From Octopus vulgaris (lineage: Eukaryota): 64,000 nt of DNA. Made by a program: the position numbers and the translations under genes. This document shows positions 29,037-44,507 of the stretch, piece after piece. How positions within the stretch are numbered: position 1 is the first letter of the stretch; each line of letters starts with the position of its first letter. The DNA is taken from assembly GCA_951406725.2 (NCBI GenBank), contig OX597816.1, positions 140,802,001 through 140,866,000 on the forward strand, in the 5' to 3' direction. The notes under the pieces were generated by a model, which was not told where the DNA came from, made no database searches, and saw nothing but the letters and a program-made list of their open reading frames with translations.

Positions 29037-29742
29037 CATATATATACATACATACATATATACACATACATACATATATACACATACATACATATATACA
29101 CATATACATACATATATACACATATACATACATATATATATACACATATATACATACATATACATATATACATATATACATACATATATATATACACATA
29201 TACATACATATATATATACACATATATACATACATATACACATATATACATACATATACATATACATATACACATACATATACATATATACAGACATATA
29301 CATATATACATACATATACATATACATACATATACATATACACATACATATACATATATACATACATATACATATATACATACATATACATATATACATA
29401 CATATACACATACATATATATACATACATATACATATATACATACATATACATATATACATACATATACATATATACATACATATACATATATACATACA
29501 TATACATATATACATACATATATATACATATACACATACATATATATACATATACATACATACACATACACATATACATACACACATATACATACATACA
29601 TATACATACATACATACACACATACATACACACACATATACACATACATACATACATACACATAGATATACATACGTACACACACACACATATATATTTA
29701 TACATATATATATATATACATATATACATATACATACATATA
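28900..29742. repeat. TA/CA microsatellite array
   Basis: Directly visible. Confidence 0.95.
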
Positions 29743-29744
29743 TC

Positions 29745-31508
29745 ATTTTTTTCCTTTTCATTTTCATCTAGTTTCAGCTCACGAGCTGTGGCAATGCTGG
29801 GGCACCGCAATTCGGTGTTGCTACATGATTTTACTTCACAAATGCTTTTTAGCAATCGACATTTGGTGCATGAGAGAGTTTGATGCAGCTGCCCTCATCT
29901 GCACCTCCTGCCGTGAAGTTGGTTCATCTGGGACATCTGACAGGAAGAGGTCCAACTTTATTTTAAAGACATCCACATCCACCCCATGCAGGTCTCTCAG
30001 GTCCTTTGGGAGGATATTGAAGAGCTGTGGACCTCTGAAGCCCAGGCTATCACAGTATCTTGTCTTACATCTTGATGGCAAATTTGGAGTCCTTGGCACT
30101 ATGCAGTGATGCCTATTTCTAGTATTTGTGTAACTCTCGATGCCAAAGTTTGGGACTAGTCCTTCCAGGATATTTCAGATGTATATTATGGCATGTCTTT
30201 CTCGCATACACTCTAAGGAATAGAGTCTTAATCTCTTGAGTCTTTCCCAATAGCTTATATGCTGCATAGAGGCTATCTTCTTCGTGTAGCTTCGTTGGAT
30301 TGCCTCAAGTTCTGAGATTAACTTGACACTGATTGGTGACCATAGCTGAGAGCAATAGTCAAAGTGGCTTAGGACAAGTGTCCTCCAGAGGACCATCATG
30401 GTTTCCTGGTCTCTTGTTCTAAAAGTGCTAAGAATCCATCTGGTCAGCTGCCTACATTTCATTACCAATTTAGCAACATGTACATGAAAGATTGCATCAT
30501 TACTCATGTAAATACCCAGGTCTTGCACTGATTGTGCCTCTAGGATTGCAATCCCTCCAGGTCCAGTGTATTTATTGGGTATTGCATTTAGTTTTGCATG
30601 CTGATAGCATAACGCTTGAAACTTTTCAGCATTGAACTGCATGCTATTCTTTTCAGCCCACTTGTATATTTCGACCAGCTCACATTGCAGGTGAAGTGTC
30701 TTCAGGGTTCTGTATTACCTGTGAAACTTTTGTATCATCTGCATAACTTGTGATCATGGCTCTCTGTGTGGCTGAGGGCATGTCTGAGAGGGTCATTATG
30801 AACAGCAGTGGTCTCAAAACAGTGCCTTGCGGAACACCGCTCACTATTTGTGTGTTATTGGAGGTGGCCCCATTGGCTACTACCACCTGACTTCTATCCT
30901 TCAGAAAGTCATGAAGACATTCTCCCAATTTTCCAACTATGCCAAGATCACGCAGTTTGTGACATATCATTCCATGACCGACTTTATCAAAGGCCTTTTG
31001 AGTGGTTGAGCAGTTGTTTCAGCACCCAGTCATAGTGTTGTAAGAGCTGAGTTAGGCAGCTTCTTCCTGGTCGGAAACCATGTTGGGTGTCAGGCAGCAA
31101 GTCATTTTCTTCAAGGAAGGCGATTAGTTTCCTTCTGACTATTTGTTCCATGACCTTGCTGATGTGTGAGATCAGAGAGATAGGTCTGTAGTTCTTGGCC
31201 TCCACTCTGCTACCTCCTTTATGAATAGGGCACATTTTACCCTCCTTCAGTTTTCTTGATAGGACTCGCTTACATACTCTTAGAAGGTTTGCTGGGAATC
31301 CATTAGGGCCAGTAGCTGAGTTTGGGTTCATTTCTTCTATAGCCCTTATTAGATCGTCTTCCTTTATATTGATGTAATCAATCATTATTGCCTTTGATTT
31401 TATACCTGCAGTGGTAAAGAAGTCAGTTGGATTGCTGACTTGAAAGTGCCCTAGGGGTGGAGTGAAAATACTTTTGAATTGCTCATTTAGTATTTCACTT
31501 ATCCTCAT
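29745..31508 (-). mobile_element. CR1-type LINE, 5'-truncated with internal deletions
   Basis: [64 protein letters not shown] and YWERLKRLRLYSLE; 3' tail (ATGAAA)-like. Confidence 0.93.
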
Positions 31509-32816
31509 TATATACACATATATATACACACATATATATACACACATATATATACACACACACATATACACACATATATACATACATATACACACATATA
31601 CATATATATACATATACACACATATACATATATATACATACACACACATATACATATATACATACACACACATATACATATATATACATACACACACATA
31701 TACATATATACATACACACACATATACATATATACATACACACACACATATACATATACACATACACACACATATACATATACACACACACATATATATA
31801 TACATATGCACACATACATATATACATATGCACACATACATATATACATATGCACACATACATATATACATATGCACACATACATATATACATATGCACA
31901 CATACATATACACATATGCACACATACATATACACACATACATATATACATATACACACATACATATACACACATACATATACACACATACATATATACA
32001 TATACACACATACATATACACACATACATATACATACATATATACATATACACACACACACATATATATATATACACAGACATATATACGCATATATATA
32101 CAGACATATATACGCATATATATACATATACACATATACACACATATATATATACACACACACACATATATATACACATATATATATACACACACACATA
32201 TATACACACACACACATATCTATATATACACACACATACCTATATATACACACACACACATATCTATATATACATACACACACATATATATACATACACA
32301 CACATATATATACACACACACATATATATACACACACACATATATATATATACACACACATATATATATATATACACACACATATACACACACATATATA
32401 TATATACACACACATATATATACACACACACATATATACACACACACATATATACACACACACATATATACACACACACATATATATACACACACATATA
32501 TATACACACACACACACACATATATATACATATATGTATGCATATATGTATATATATATGTATATATATATATGTATACATATATGTATACATATATATG
32601 TATATGTATATGTATACATATATATGTATATGTATATGTATACATATATATGTATACATATATATGTATACATATATATGTATACATATATATATACATA
32701 TATATGTATACATATGTGTATACATATATGTATACATATATGTATACACATATATATACACATATATATATACACATATATATGTATACATATACAAATA
32801 TATATGTATATACATA
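31509..32816. repeat. TA/CA/TG compound microsatellite
   Basis: Directly visible. Confidence 0.95.
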
Positions 32817-33205
32817 TCATCATCATCATCATCATCGTTTAGCATCCGTTTTCCATGCTAGCATGGGTTGGACGGTTCTACTGGGGTCTGTGAAGCCAGA
32901 AGGCTTCATCAGGCCCAGTCAAATCTGGCAGTGTTTCTATGGCTGGATGCCCTTCCTAACGCCAACCACTCTGAGAGTGTAGTGGGTGCTTTTTACGTGC
33001 CACCCGCACAGGTGCCAGACAGAGCTGGCAAACGGCCACGAACGGATGGTGCTTTTTATGTGCCACCGGCACGAGGGCCAGGCGAGGCTGGCAACGGACA
33101 CGAAACGGGGTAGTGCTGGCAACGGTCGCGAAACAGAAGGTTATCTTACATGTCACCGGCACTGGTAACCCATCTGCAATTTCCATTGATCGATTTCAAT
33201 TCTGA
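32817..33205 (-). mobile_element. SINE (same family as 20851-21340)
   Basis: (CAT)n-CGTTTAGCATCCGTTTTCCATGCTAGCATGGG...GGATGCCCTTCCTAACGCCAACC. Confidence 0.85.
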
Positions 33206-33209
33206 TCCA

Positions 33210-34689
33210 TATACGTATACATATACAAATATATATGTATATACATATATGTATACATATACAAATATATATGTATATACATATATGTATACATATACAA
33301 ATATATATGTATATACATATATGTATACATATACAAATATATATGTATATACATATATGTATACATATACAAATATATATGTATATACATATATGTATAC
33401 ATATACAAATATATATGTATACATATACAAATATATATGTATATACATATATGTATACATATACAAATATATATGTATACATATACATATACATATGTAT
33501 ATATATACATATATGTATACATATACATATGTATATGTATACATATACATATGTATATATATACATATATGTATACATATACATATGTATATATATATGT
33601 ATACATATACATATGTATATATATATATGTATACATATACATATGTATATATATATATGTATACATATACATATGTATATATATATATGTATACATATAC
33701 ATATGTATATATATATATGTATACATATACATATGTATATACATATATGTATACATATACATATGTATATACATATATGTATACATATACATATGTATAT
33801 ACATATATGTATACATATACATATGTATATACATATATATATACATATACATATGTATATACATATATGTATACATATACATATGTATATACATATATGT
33901 ATACATATACATATGTATATACATATATGTATACATATACATATGTATATACATAACTATATGTATACATATATATACATATATGCATACATATATATAT
34001 ACATATATGCATACATATATATATACATATATGCATACATATATATATACATATATGCATACATATATATATACATATATGCATACATATATGCATACAT
34101 ATATGCATACATATATATATATATACATATATGCATACATATATATATATACATATATGCATACATATATATATATATACATATATGCATACATATATAT
34201 ATATATACATACATATATATATGCATATATATATATATATACATATATGCATACATATATATATATACATATATGCATACATATATGCATACATATATAC
34301 ATATATGCATACATATATACATATATGCATACATATATACATATATGCATACATATATACATATATGCATACATATATACATATATGCATACATATATAC
34401 ATACATATATACATATATGCATATATGCATACATATATACATATATGCATACATATATACATATATGCATACATATATACATATATGCATACATATATAC
34501 ATATATGCATACATATATACATATATGCATACATATATACATACATACATATATACATACATACATATATACATACATACATATATACATACATACATAC
34601 ATACATATATATATACATACATATATACATACATATATACATACATATATATATACATACATATATACATACATATATACATACATATA

Positions 34690-34723
<34 letters not shown>

Positions 34724-37635
34724 TGCATACATATATATATATACATACATATATATACATATATGCATACAATATATATATATATATGCATATATATATA
34801 CATATATGCATATATATATACATATATGCATACATATATATACATATATGCATACATATATACATACATATATGCATACATATATATACATATATGCATA
34901 CATATATATACATATATCATACATATATATACATATATGCATACATATATATACATATATGCATACATATATATACATATATGCATACATATATATACAT
35001 ATATGCATACATATATATACATATATGCATACATATATATACATATATGCATACATATATATACATATATGCATACATATATATACATATATGCATACAT
35101 ATATATACATATATGCATACATATATATACATATATGCATACATATATATACATATATGCATACATATATATACATATATGCATACATATATATACATAT
35201 ATGCATACATATATATACATATATGCATACATATATATACATATATGCATACATATATATACATATATGCATACATATATATACATATATGCATACATAT
35301 ATATACATATATGCATATATATATATATACATATATGCGTGGAAGTGATATATCTCGACTTTGCAAAGGCCTTTGATAAAGTCGATCATGGAATGATATG
35401 TCACAAACTGCGTGATCTCAACATAGTTGGAAAACTGGGAGAATGGCTTCATGACTTTCTGAAGGATAGAAGTCAGGTGGTAGTAGCCAATGGGGCCACC
35501 TCCATTAACACACAAATAGTGAGCGGTGTTCCGCAGGGCACTGTTCTGGGACCACTACTGTTCATAATGGCCCTCTCAGACATGCCCTCAGCCACGCAGA
35601 GAGCCACGATCACAAGTTATGCAGATGATACAAAAGTTTCACAGGCAATACAGAACCCTGAGGACACTAAACACCTGCAATGTGAGCTGGACGAAATATA
35701 CAAGTGGGCTGAAAAGAATAGCATGCAGTTCAATGCTGGAAAGTTTCAAGCTTTATACTATCAGCATGCAAAACTGAATGCAATACCCAATGAATACACT
35801 GGACCCGGAGGGATTGCAATCCCAGAGGCACAATCAGTGCGTGACCTGGGTATTCACATGAGTGATGACGCGACCTTTCATGTACATGTTGCTAAACTGA
35901 CAATGAAATGTAGACGGCTGGCTGGATGGATTCTTAGAACCTTTAGAACAAGAAACCATGATGGTCCTCTGGAAGACACTTGTCCTAAGCCACTTTGACT
36001 ATTGCTCTCAGCTATGGTCACCATCCAGTGTCAAGTTGATCACAGAACTTGAGGCGATCCAACGAAGCTACACAAAGAAGATAGCCTCTATGCAGAATGT
36101 AAGCTACTGGGAAAGACTCAAGAGATTAAAATTATATTCCCTGGAGCGTAGGCGGGAAAGATATGCCATAATATACATCTGGAAGATCCTGGAGGGAAGT
36201 GTCCTGAACTTTGGCATCGAGAGTTACGCAAATGCCAGAACTGGGCGCCACTGCGTGGTGCCTAGGACTCCAAACCTGCCATCAAGATGTAGGACAAGAT
36301 TCTGTGATAGCCTGGGCTTCCGAGGCCCACAGCTCTTCAATATCCTCCCGAAGAACCTGAGAGACCTGCATGGGGTGGATACAGATGTCTTTAAAATGAA
36401 GCTGGATCTCTTCCTGTCAGGTGTCCCAGATGAACCAACTTCACGGCAGGAGGTGCAGATGAGGGCAGCTGCATCGAACTCTCTCATGCACCAAATAGCA
36501 GTTGCTAGAAAGCCTCCATGAAGTGAAACCAAGTAGCAACACCAAATGGCGGTGCCCCAGCATGGCCACAGCTCATAAGCTGAAACTAGAATCAATCAAT
36601 CAATCAATACATATATATATACATATATGCATACATATATACATATATTTATATATATATATACACATATGCGTACATATATATATATATATATATATAT
36701 ATGCATACATATATATATACATATATGCATATATATATACATATATGCATACATATATATATACACATATGCATACATATATATAGATATACATATATGC
36801 ATACATATATATATATATATACATATATGCATACATATATATATATATATACATATATGCATACATATATATATATATATATACATATATATACATATAT
36901 GCATACATATATATATATATATATCATATATGCATACATATATATACATAATACATATATGCATACATATATATATATACATATATGCATACATATATAT
37001 ATATACATATATGCATACATATATATATATATATCATATATGCATACATATATATATATACATATATGCATACATATATATATATACATATATGCATACA
37101 TATATATATATACATATATGCATACATATATATATATACATATATGCATACATATATATATATATATACATATATGCATACATATATATATATACATATA
37201 TGCATACATATATATATATACATATATGCATACATATATATATACATATATGCATACATATATATATATATACATATATGCATACATATATATATATATA
37301 TACATATATGCATACATATATATATACATATATGCATACATATATATATATACATATATGCATACATATATATATACATATATGCATACATATATATATA
37401 CATATATGCATACATATATATATATACATATATGCATACATATATATATATACATATATGCATACATATATATATACACATATGTGCATACATATATATA
37501 TACACATATGCATACATATATATATACACATATTCATACATATATATATACACATATGCATACATATATATATATATACATATATGCATACATATATATA
37601 CATATATGCTTACATACATATACATATATGCATAC
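33210..37635. repeat. Series of TA-derived minisatellites (36-bp, 30-bp, then 20-24-bp ACATATATGCATACATATAT units), interrupted by a CR1 copy
   Basis: Directly visible; the ATGCAT-containing unit occurs on both sides of 35339-36608. Confidence 0.93.
35339..36608 (+). mobile_element. CR1-type LINE, young 5'-truncated copy
   Basis: [17 protein letters not shown]...[14 protein letters not shown]...YADDTK...MQFNAGK; one frameshift near 35950, then [10 protein letters not shown]...YSLERRRER...DEPT. Tail (AATC)n. Confidence 0.95.
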
Positions 37636-38546
37636 ATTCTTCTAGTTTTCAATTATATATTTACTTTAAGTATAATACACAGAATGCTATTTTGAACTAA
37701 TACTGCGTCTGCTGCCCAAAATTCATTTTATGCAGCCAGCCAGCTAATTCCAATATTGATATTAGCTGATTTTATTTTAGCATGATGATTGCCAGTGGAC
37801 ACCTGTGACTGACAAAGTCCTTAGAGGTAGAATGACACATTTCGCAATGCCGCCTCCACTACTGGATGATTATCATCTGCTAGTGATATAGTTCTGTATT
37901 TTCTAACACTATATATGTATACTGGTACAAATTCCCCAGTTTATCTGGCTTTCAATGTTGTATCTAATTATGATACAGAGATTGCCATATAGCATCATGT
38001 TGATCATTTAAGTCCATGTTCCATGCTGGCATGGGTTGGATGGTTTGACAGGATCTGATATGTTCAATGGTTGGATTGTGCTCCAGTGTTGCTTTGGTAT
38101 GGTTTCTATAGCCAAATCCTCTTCTTAATACCAAGCACTTTACAGTGTATACTGGCTTCTTTTTTCATGCAACCAACACTAGTGAGGTCTCCTTGCAGCT
38201 TGCAAGTCCACAAAACCTAAGGGGAGGGGCTTTATGCTAGCAAGTGAGAGTTAAAGAAAGAAAAGAAAGAGTTGGTATAGAGTGGGTTCTTGTCGGAGGG
38301 GAGCTACTTGGCTACTTACATTTAGGAGTGAGTTAGAAATGAAACCAATACATATACATACATATATATTACAATATATACATTTGCACTATATATATAT
38401 ATATGGAGAGAGAGAGAATGTTATAGGTATATATATGTACACACACATAAATATATAGATACATATAAATGCAGACATTTATATGTATATTATATATCCA
38501 TCCCTACCTCCCATTGTATATATGATGATAATGATGGTTATATATA

Positions 38547-40234
38547 CTAGCAAATGCACCTGTCCTTTTGACAGTGTAATTTATTATAATGGCGCACTCC
38601 TTTGGACAGTTTAAGTTGAGTTAGCCCACAGTTAGAAGTCGTTTCAAGTTGATAAATGTAAAATGTATAATTACCAATTTTATTTACAGTTTATTATATG
38701 GCATTAAGCACCCAAGGTAATGAATGAAGTTTTTTTAACACAAACTTGGCAGTTAGTAATAAATGAAAGTCCATGAAATGAGATCACAATAGCAGTAGGC
38801 ATTAGGGATCCTATATCTAACCTGAAGCATTTTGTAGCATGTAGTTATTTTATTCATAATGCCCAACACAACCGCATTGGAGTCTTTTTCAATGATAAAC
38901 AAAAGCAAACATTTATAGCAAACACGCAAATAGAATAATGGCATGTACAAAAATAGATGTCAAATAGATGTCAAAGTATGCTTATGAGTGAACAGCATGC
39001 AAGAAGTAAGAAGGGGCATTGAAGGTAATGTTCTGCTAACAGCAATCACAGAAATGAAGCAAAATATCAACGAAATGCTTGTAGGAAGTCTGACTGCTAA
39101 TGGCCACAGTTTGGCGTAGATGTGAAGATCACAGTAGAGGAGTAACTACTGTAGGGGTGATTTGTAGATGACATTTTTGGTTTTTCCTTCAGGGGCATAG
39201 ATGAATAAGTTATCTGGATGGCCAACTCTGGAACAACCGACATAGGACTGTCCATGTGAAAAGCATGATGTTCAAAGGTCCAATCTGATAACTTTCAGCG
39301 ATTGACCTTGTGCTTTGTTAATTGTCATGACGAAGCTGAGTTTGAGAGGAAACTGGTGTACAGTAGGAGCAGTCTGCTAGGATGGGCGGAATTTTTGGAA
39401 CAAAAATGGTATCGTTTTTGCCATGTCCTGTGATAATTTGGGCTTCAATGACATGGCCCATCATTTATTTGACCACAAGGTGAGTTCCATTGCATAGTGT
39501 GGGTGTGTTTAGATTGCATAGGAGGATGACAGGGCAACTGACTTTTAAGTGAAGTTCATGGGGAGGGTGTCCTGGAGGATGTTGGGAGTTGAGAAATTCT
39601 GTTGGAAAGTGTGTAACCTGACAGAGGTTGGTAACAGTGTCAGCTGATCTGTAACAACATTCTCAAGAAGGCAGCTTACTGAGTAAGTTGTAGTTAAGAG
39701 TGATGACACCTGCATTTGTAGGTGCAAGAACAGCCCTGTGCTAATGTGCAAATATCGGCAGTTAGCAGTGAATGGACATTGTAAAAACTTATAATTGTCA
39801 CAACTTTGTATGAGTAGAAGCAGAGAATATAATATGGATTAATGTCTGAAGGCATCTAAAAAATAATTGAAAGTTGATTTAAATTGCATGGCTACTTCAA
39901 GGAAGCACTAATGTGCAAATATTGGCAGTTTACAGTGAATGGGCATTGTAAAAACTGTAGTAGAAGATAAAGTGAAAGTAGCATAGCTACGCCATCAAGA
40001 GTAATGTCCCTTGAAGAACGATTGTTGGTATTTGTTATTTACCTAATAGGAGTTTTCATCCCCTAGGGGCGGCATTACTCATTATGTGGAAAATTTGAAG
40101 AGTCTATGACCATCTCTCGAACGTAAGTGATGTATGCTCTCAGCGTGTGCGAAATCAGATGAAAGATATTGATTTTAAGGAGGATCAAGAAAAAGGCCTA
40201 CACACACACACCTTCCATTTTATTATATATAAGA
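38547..40234 (-). mobile_element. Non-autonomous Helitron with Pif1-helicase remnant
   Basis: Minus strand: 5' A|TCTTATATATAATAAAA; 3' hairpin CACTGTC-aaaag-GACAGGTG then CATTTG-CTAG|T. About 39660-39146 encodes FPTEFLNS.HPPGHPPHELHLKV..PVILL.NL....LCNGT...VIEAQIITG...QFPLKLSFVMTINKAQGQSL...CFSHGQSYVGCSRV...TKNVIY with stops and a frameshift. Confidence 0.9.
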
Positions 40235-41662
40235 TATATATGCATATTTATTTACATATATTCATACACAATATACATATGCATGTTGCAGACACATTTT
40301 TAGGGTAAACACTTGTGTGCTGAAGATACTGCTACTCTCCTCTGATTGCAGGAGTTGATATCTCATCAGGCAGTGAAACAGCTATTTAGGTCTTTTGACC
40401 CCTTCCATTGCAACATCAGAGGTGCTTGGGGATCACCCACCAATGTAAATGACATGACTGACACAACAGCATGAACTTTATTGATGGAGATGATTGAGCC
40501 AGATGTTTCTGTCATCTGACCCAGACACACACACACAAACATGTAAAGATGATCAACTCATGCTAGCATGAATGACAGATGCAATACACACTCTTAATAT
40601 TGTCTCTCTCTCTCTCACCTCTTATTCTCAATTGATCACCTGACGAGACACAGAAAAAAACACAATACTGTCCCTTCCATCTTATTGATCCCATTTGTAA
40701 AGTGATTAGATATCCCTCCTTCCCTCTTTACACCCATACCTCATTCTTATGTCCTGTCAACAAGAACCCTCATTTTTGCTTGCCTCTGGCTACATTCACC
40801 TCTATGTACTTTTGCCCTGCTTTACCCCTATCAGCTTGTCTCTCCCCCACCACACAGTCTTGTAACTTTTACCTCCCACTTTCACTTACCTCCCCCTACC
40901 TCATTCTGGCCCTGTCAACAGTTTTATTTTGCTGCTTTTCACCTTTTCAGTATTGTGAATCATAACATCCTCTCTTCTGACCCACTTCCTTACCACCTCT
41001 CCCAATTCATATTTATTAATGACCACCCTCCACTCTTCTTAACTATTTCTCCCGGCTTTTCCCACACTCTTACAATTTTCACCATCAACCCTTCCTGATC
41101 TTGTCTCCAGTCTCTCTCTTTTATTCATTCCTGCTGTACCTTGAGGGTATGCCGACACCATCTTTATCTCTTTATTTCACCACCATCTTTATCTCTCTTT
41201 TTGGCATCACCCCAATAACTCCCACCCACCCTTAACGTGGGGTAATCACATTGTTTCTGTTCCGCTTTCATTCTTTAATTATCAATATCTTGCGTATAGT
41301 TGCCTCCTTCTCTTCTGTACTCCCTCTCAGTTAAGGGGATATTTTAGTCTAATGGGTTACATAGCAAATTCATACCCTGTACATTCTGTAAAGTGGTTGG
41401 CGTTAGGAAGAGCTTTCTGCCATAGAAACCATGCCAAAACAAACTCCACAGCACGATGCAGTCCTCTGACTAATCAGACATTGTCGAACCGTCTAACCAA
41501 TACCAGCATGGAAGACGAACGTTAAATGATGGTACACATCCATATTAGAAATATTCACATACACACATATGTATATACAAATATATGTACATACACACAC
41601 ATTGGAACACATGCATTTTTAAAATAATATATATATTGTTTTAGTATTAAATATATAATACA

Positions 41663-41703
<41 letters not shown>

Positions 41704-41906
41704 GCTAGATAGATGCGTGTATTATAATTATATAACATATATTATGCGTGCCTATGTACATCTAGTTTCGTATGGCTACATAATATACGACATTGATTTT
41801 TCAAGGTTACAAGGAAAAGACTCTGGAACTGATCTGACATCAGAAAACATAAATGAGTACACTGATACACATATATTAATATACATATAATATATACGTG
41901 GACACA

Positions 41907-41954
<48 letters not shown>

Positions 41955-44507
41955 TATGTATATGGGGTATGTCTATTCGTATTTCCCAATGTAGTAGTCA
42001 TGTAACTAACAATTCCACTACTTGGTAAATCGCTACAGCCGAAGTCTTCATATGTTGTAATTACTGTTAATTATTGTAATTATCCAACTACGCCTCGCAT
42101 CAGAGAAAGAGAAAATACGTTCAGATCAAACATTCGTAAAGCAATATTGGGATTTGGAAATCTATAATAAAATCATAAACAGGAATGTAATCAGGCATAA
42201 GGAAGACACCAAAGGAAGTGGGTTATTCAATGAAGAAAGGAAGGGGAGGAATGATTATAATAAATCGAACGGCTGAAATGACGTGTGAGTGAGTGAGTGT
42301 GTGTGTGTGTGTCTGTGTGTGACAGAGAGAGGGGGATAGAGAGGGAGGGAGAGAAATCTTTGGGACAAGCAATTACATAATAAGTATGCATAAATTCGAT
42401 GATAGGATTAAAAAAAAACGATAGAAAAAAAAACGGCAAAATAAATTTTTCCGTGAATTCGAACTCCGACAATTTGATTAAATGGAAAGGGCCACAGTTA
42501 TAAAATATATAACAATTTAATAAATTCTAGAATGTCTAGTATCTCCTTGGTACTCAATAATAGAGGAAATGACATTTTAAAAAGAATAAAAGAGAGAAAA
42601 AAAAATTGAAAACTAGGCGTATTAAATTCACAGCTACCACTAAACATCCTACTTTGACTGGGTGTTGGGAGTGTTCTAAAATTTTAGAAGCGAAATAAAA
42701 ACACATTTGGTTATGAAACAATGACCACTAACTAAAACAGACATTAAATCATTCTGCATTTTTTTCATTGCCAGTAAGCCACATTATGACTTTATATGCG
42801 TGTGTATGTGTGTATTATAACACCTACACAGGATCTATCTATCCTTCCATCTTTCTATCATATATACATACACAAAATACCTAACACTGTTACAATTTGC
42901 ACTGATCACCAGTTGGAAAGGTGAACAGATGGGAAAATGATCGGTTGAGGAATTTAGGTTTGTGCTGTAGCAGCAGCGATTAACAGGCAGAGAAGCAAAA
43001 GTGAAAGTACGACAGCAGAAGCAGCGGTGGTAGTAGTAGTAGTGGTGGTGGCGGCGGCGGCGGAGGCAGCTGCTTGTACTAAATAGTAGTAGCATTAGCA
43101 AACAGTAGGATTTCTCCGCTGCAAAAGGTGGGTGGTTGGGCTAATAGAACATTATAATACTTCCACATTCCACAATTTGCATAGTCGCATACTGATTGCT
43201 CATACATCAAAGACAAAATTAAAATCGGGGGATTTCGATAGGACAAAAAAATCTGTAAGGGTGACTGGCAAAACTGTAGATGTATGTATGGCAAAGATAA
43301 AAAACAGAAATAGAATAGTCATTAGTGACAACAGTATTTTAGTTCACAATAAATGTATTGTAATTTCGTCTATCTGCAACTAAAAAGATAAAATATATCA
43401 ACCAGTGGGAATAAACTAGAAAGTGTAGCAACAGATAAGCTGGGATGGTGTAACCTTGCAGGACACACACACAGACACACATTCTTTATTTCTGCCATAA
43501 TAAAGATATTTTGATACCTATGCTATGATAAATTAGTAATTTAACATAACTACTTCACGCATTTAGTTCTATTTCAATACTGGTCCACTTGATTTTTGAA
43601 GTAATGCGTGTATGTGTTTTCAGAGCTTGTAAAAGTTAAAGAAAAAAATACGCTTCTAAATTCTGAAAACTCAGATGAGCAATTAAATGAAATTTATTAA
43701 TTCATAGAACAAAAACAGGTGTCCAATCGCACGAGAAATTAAGATTACGTAAATAGAGTCAATTCGACAATAAAATAGCTTCAAATGAAATAAACAGAAA
43801 ATAAATGGTTAAATGGAATCGAAGTTTTGATTGTGTAGAATCTAATGTTGGATTTGGTTGAATCTAGTTACCGAAAATTATCTTTTTTAATAGTAAACAA
43901 GGCATGTTAACAGTAAATGAAAGAAATAATGAATGCAACAGCGTTAAGTAGTGAAATAGCTGTCTTGATATATTTTTGGTCCTTCGATTCGTGTCTCAAT
44001 GAATATATAATTAGGAGAGCCTCTGCTACTTTCTCTTTCTATTCAATAAAAGATGGTTTCATTTTTTAAAGAATTAATGATAAAAAGGAGCTAAATGTTT
44101 TAGTTAGGCATAAGACATGATTTTGGAAAGAAGAAACATATCTGTACAAAAATTATATTTGTAAGAGAAAAATAAAAGTTACTTAATAAAATGTTGCTGT
44201 AACAAGATAAAAAAAAAAATAGAACGGACCAAATGAAATTAAAGTGTGATCGACTGAAGAATCAATTGATCAACATAAAAGACGAGAAAAATGCATAATT
44301 TACAGAAGGAATTTAGCTATTAACAATAGTAAGCAGTTAATTATAAACTATCTGGACCGCCGATCTTTGACAGATCGATGTGTAGCTGATTAGGTGGTAA
44401 CATTAGGTAGATTATATGAGGTGGAAAGAAGGTTTGAAAGAGGCGACAGTAGAGAAAACAGAATAAGTAACCGTGTGAGGAAATGAGAGTAAAACACAAC
44501 CACATAC

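Noticed and set aside
33437-35998. 853-aa ORF fusing a repeat peptide to a reverse transcriptase
   Set aside because: Chance in-frame read-through from the minisatellite into a 5'-truncated, frameshifted CR1 RT lacking its N-terminal motifs.
20203-37700. Very long ORFs (up to 1731 aa) rich in Y/I/H/T/M/C/V
   Set aside because: They are translations of TA/CA microsatellites that lack stop codons in several frames; not genes.
40320-40372. CTGATGA on the minus strand as a hammerhead core
   Set aside because: No GAAA box or stems I/III could be formed.
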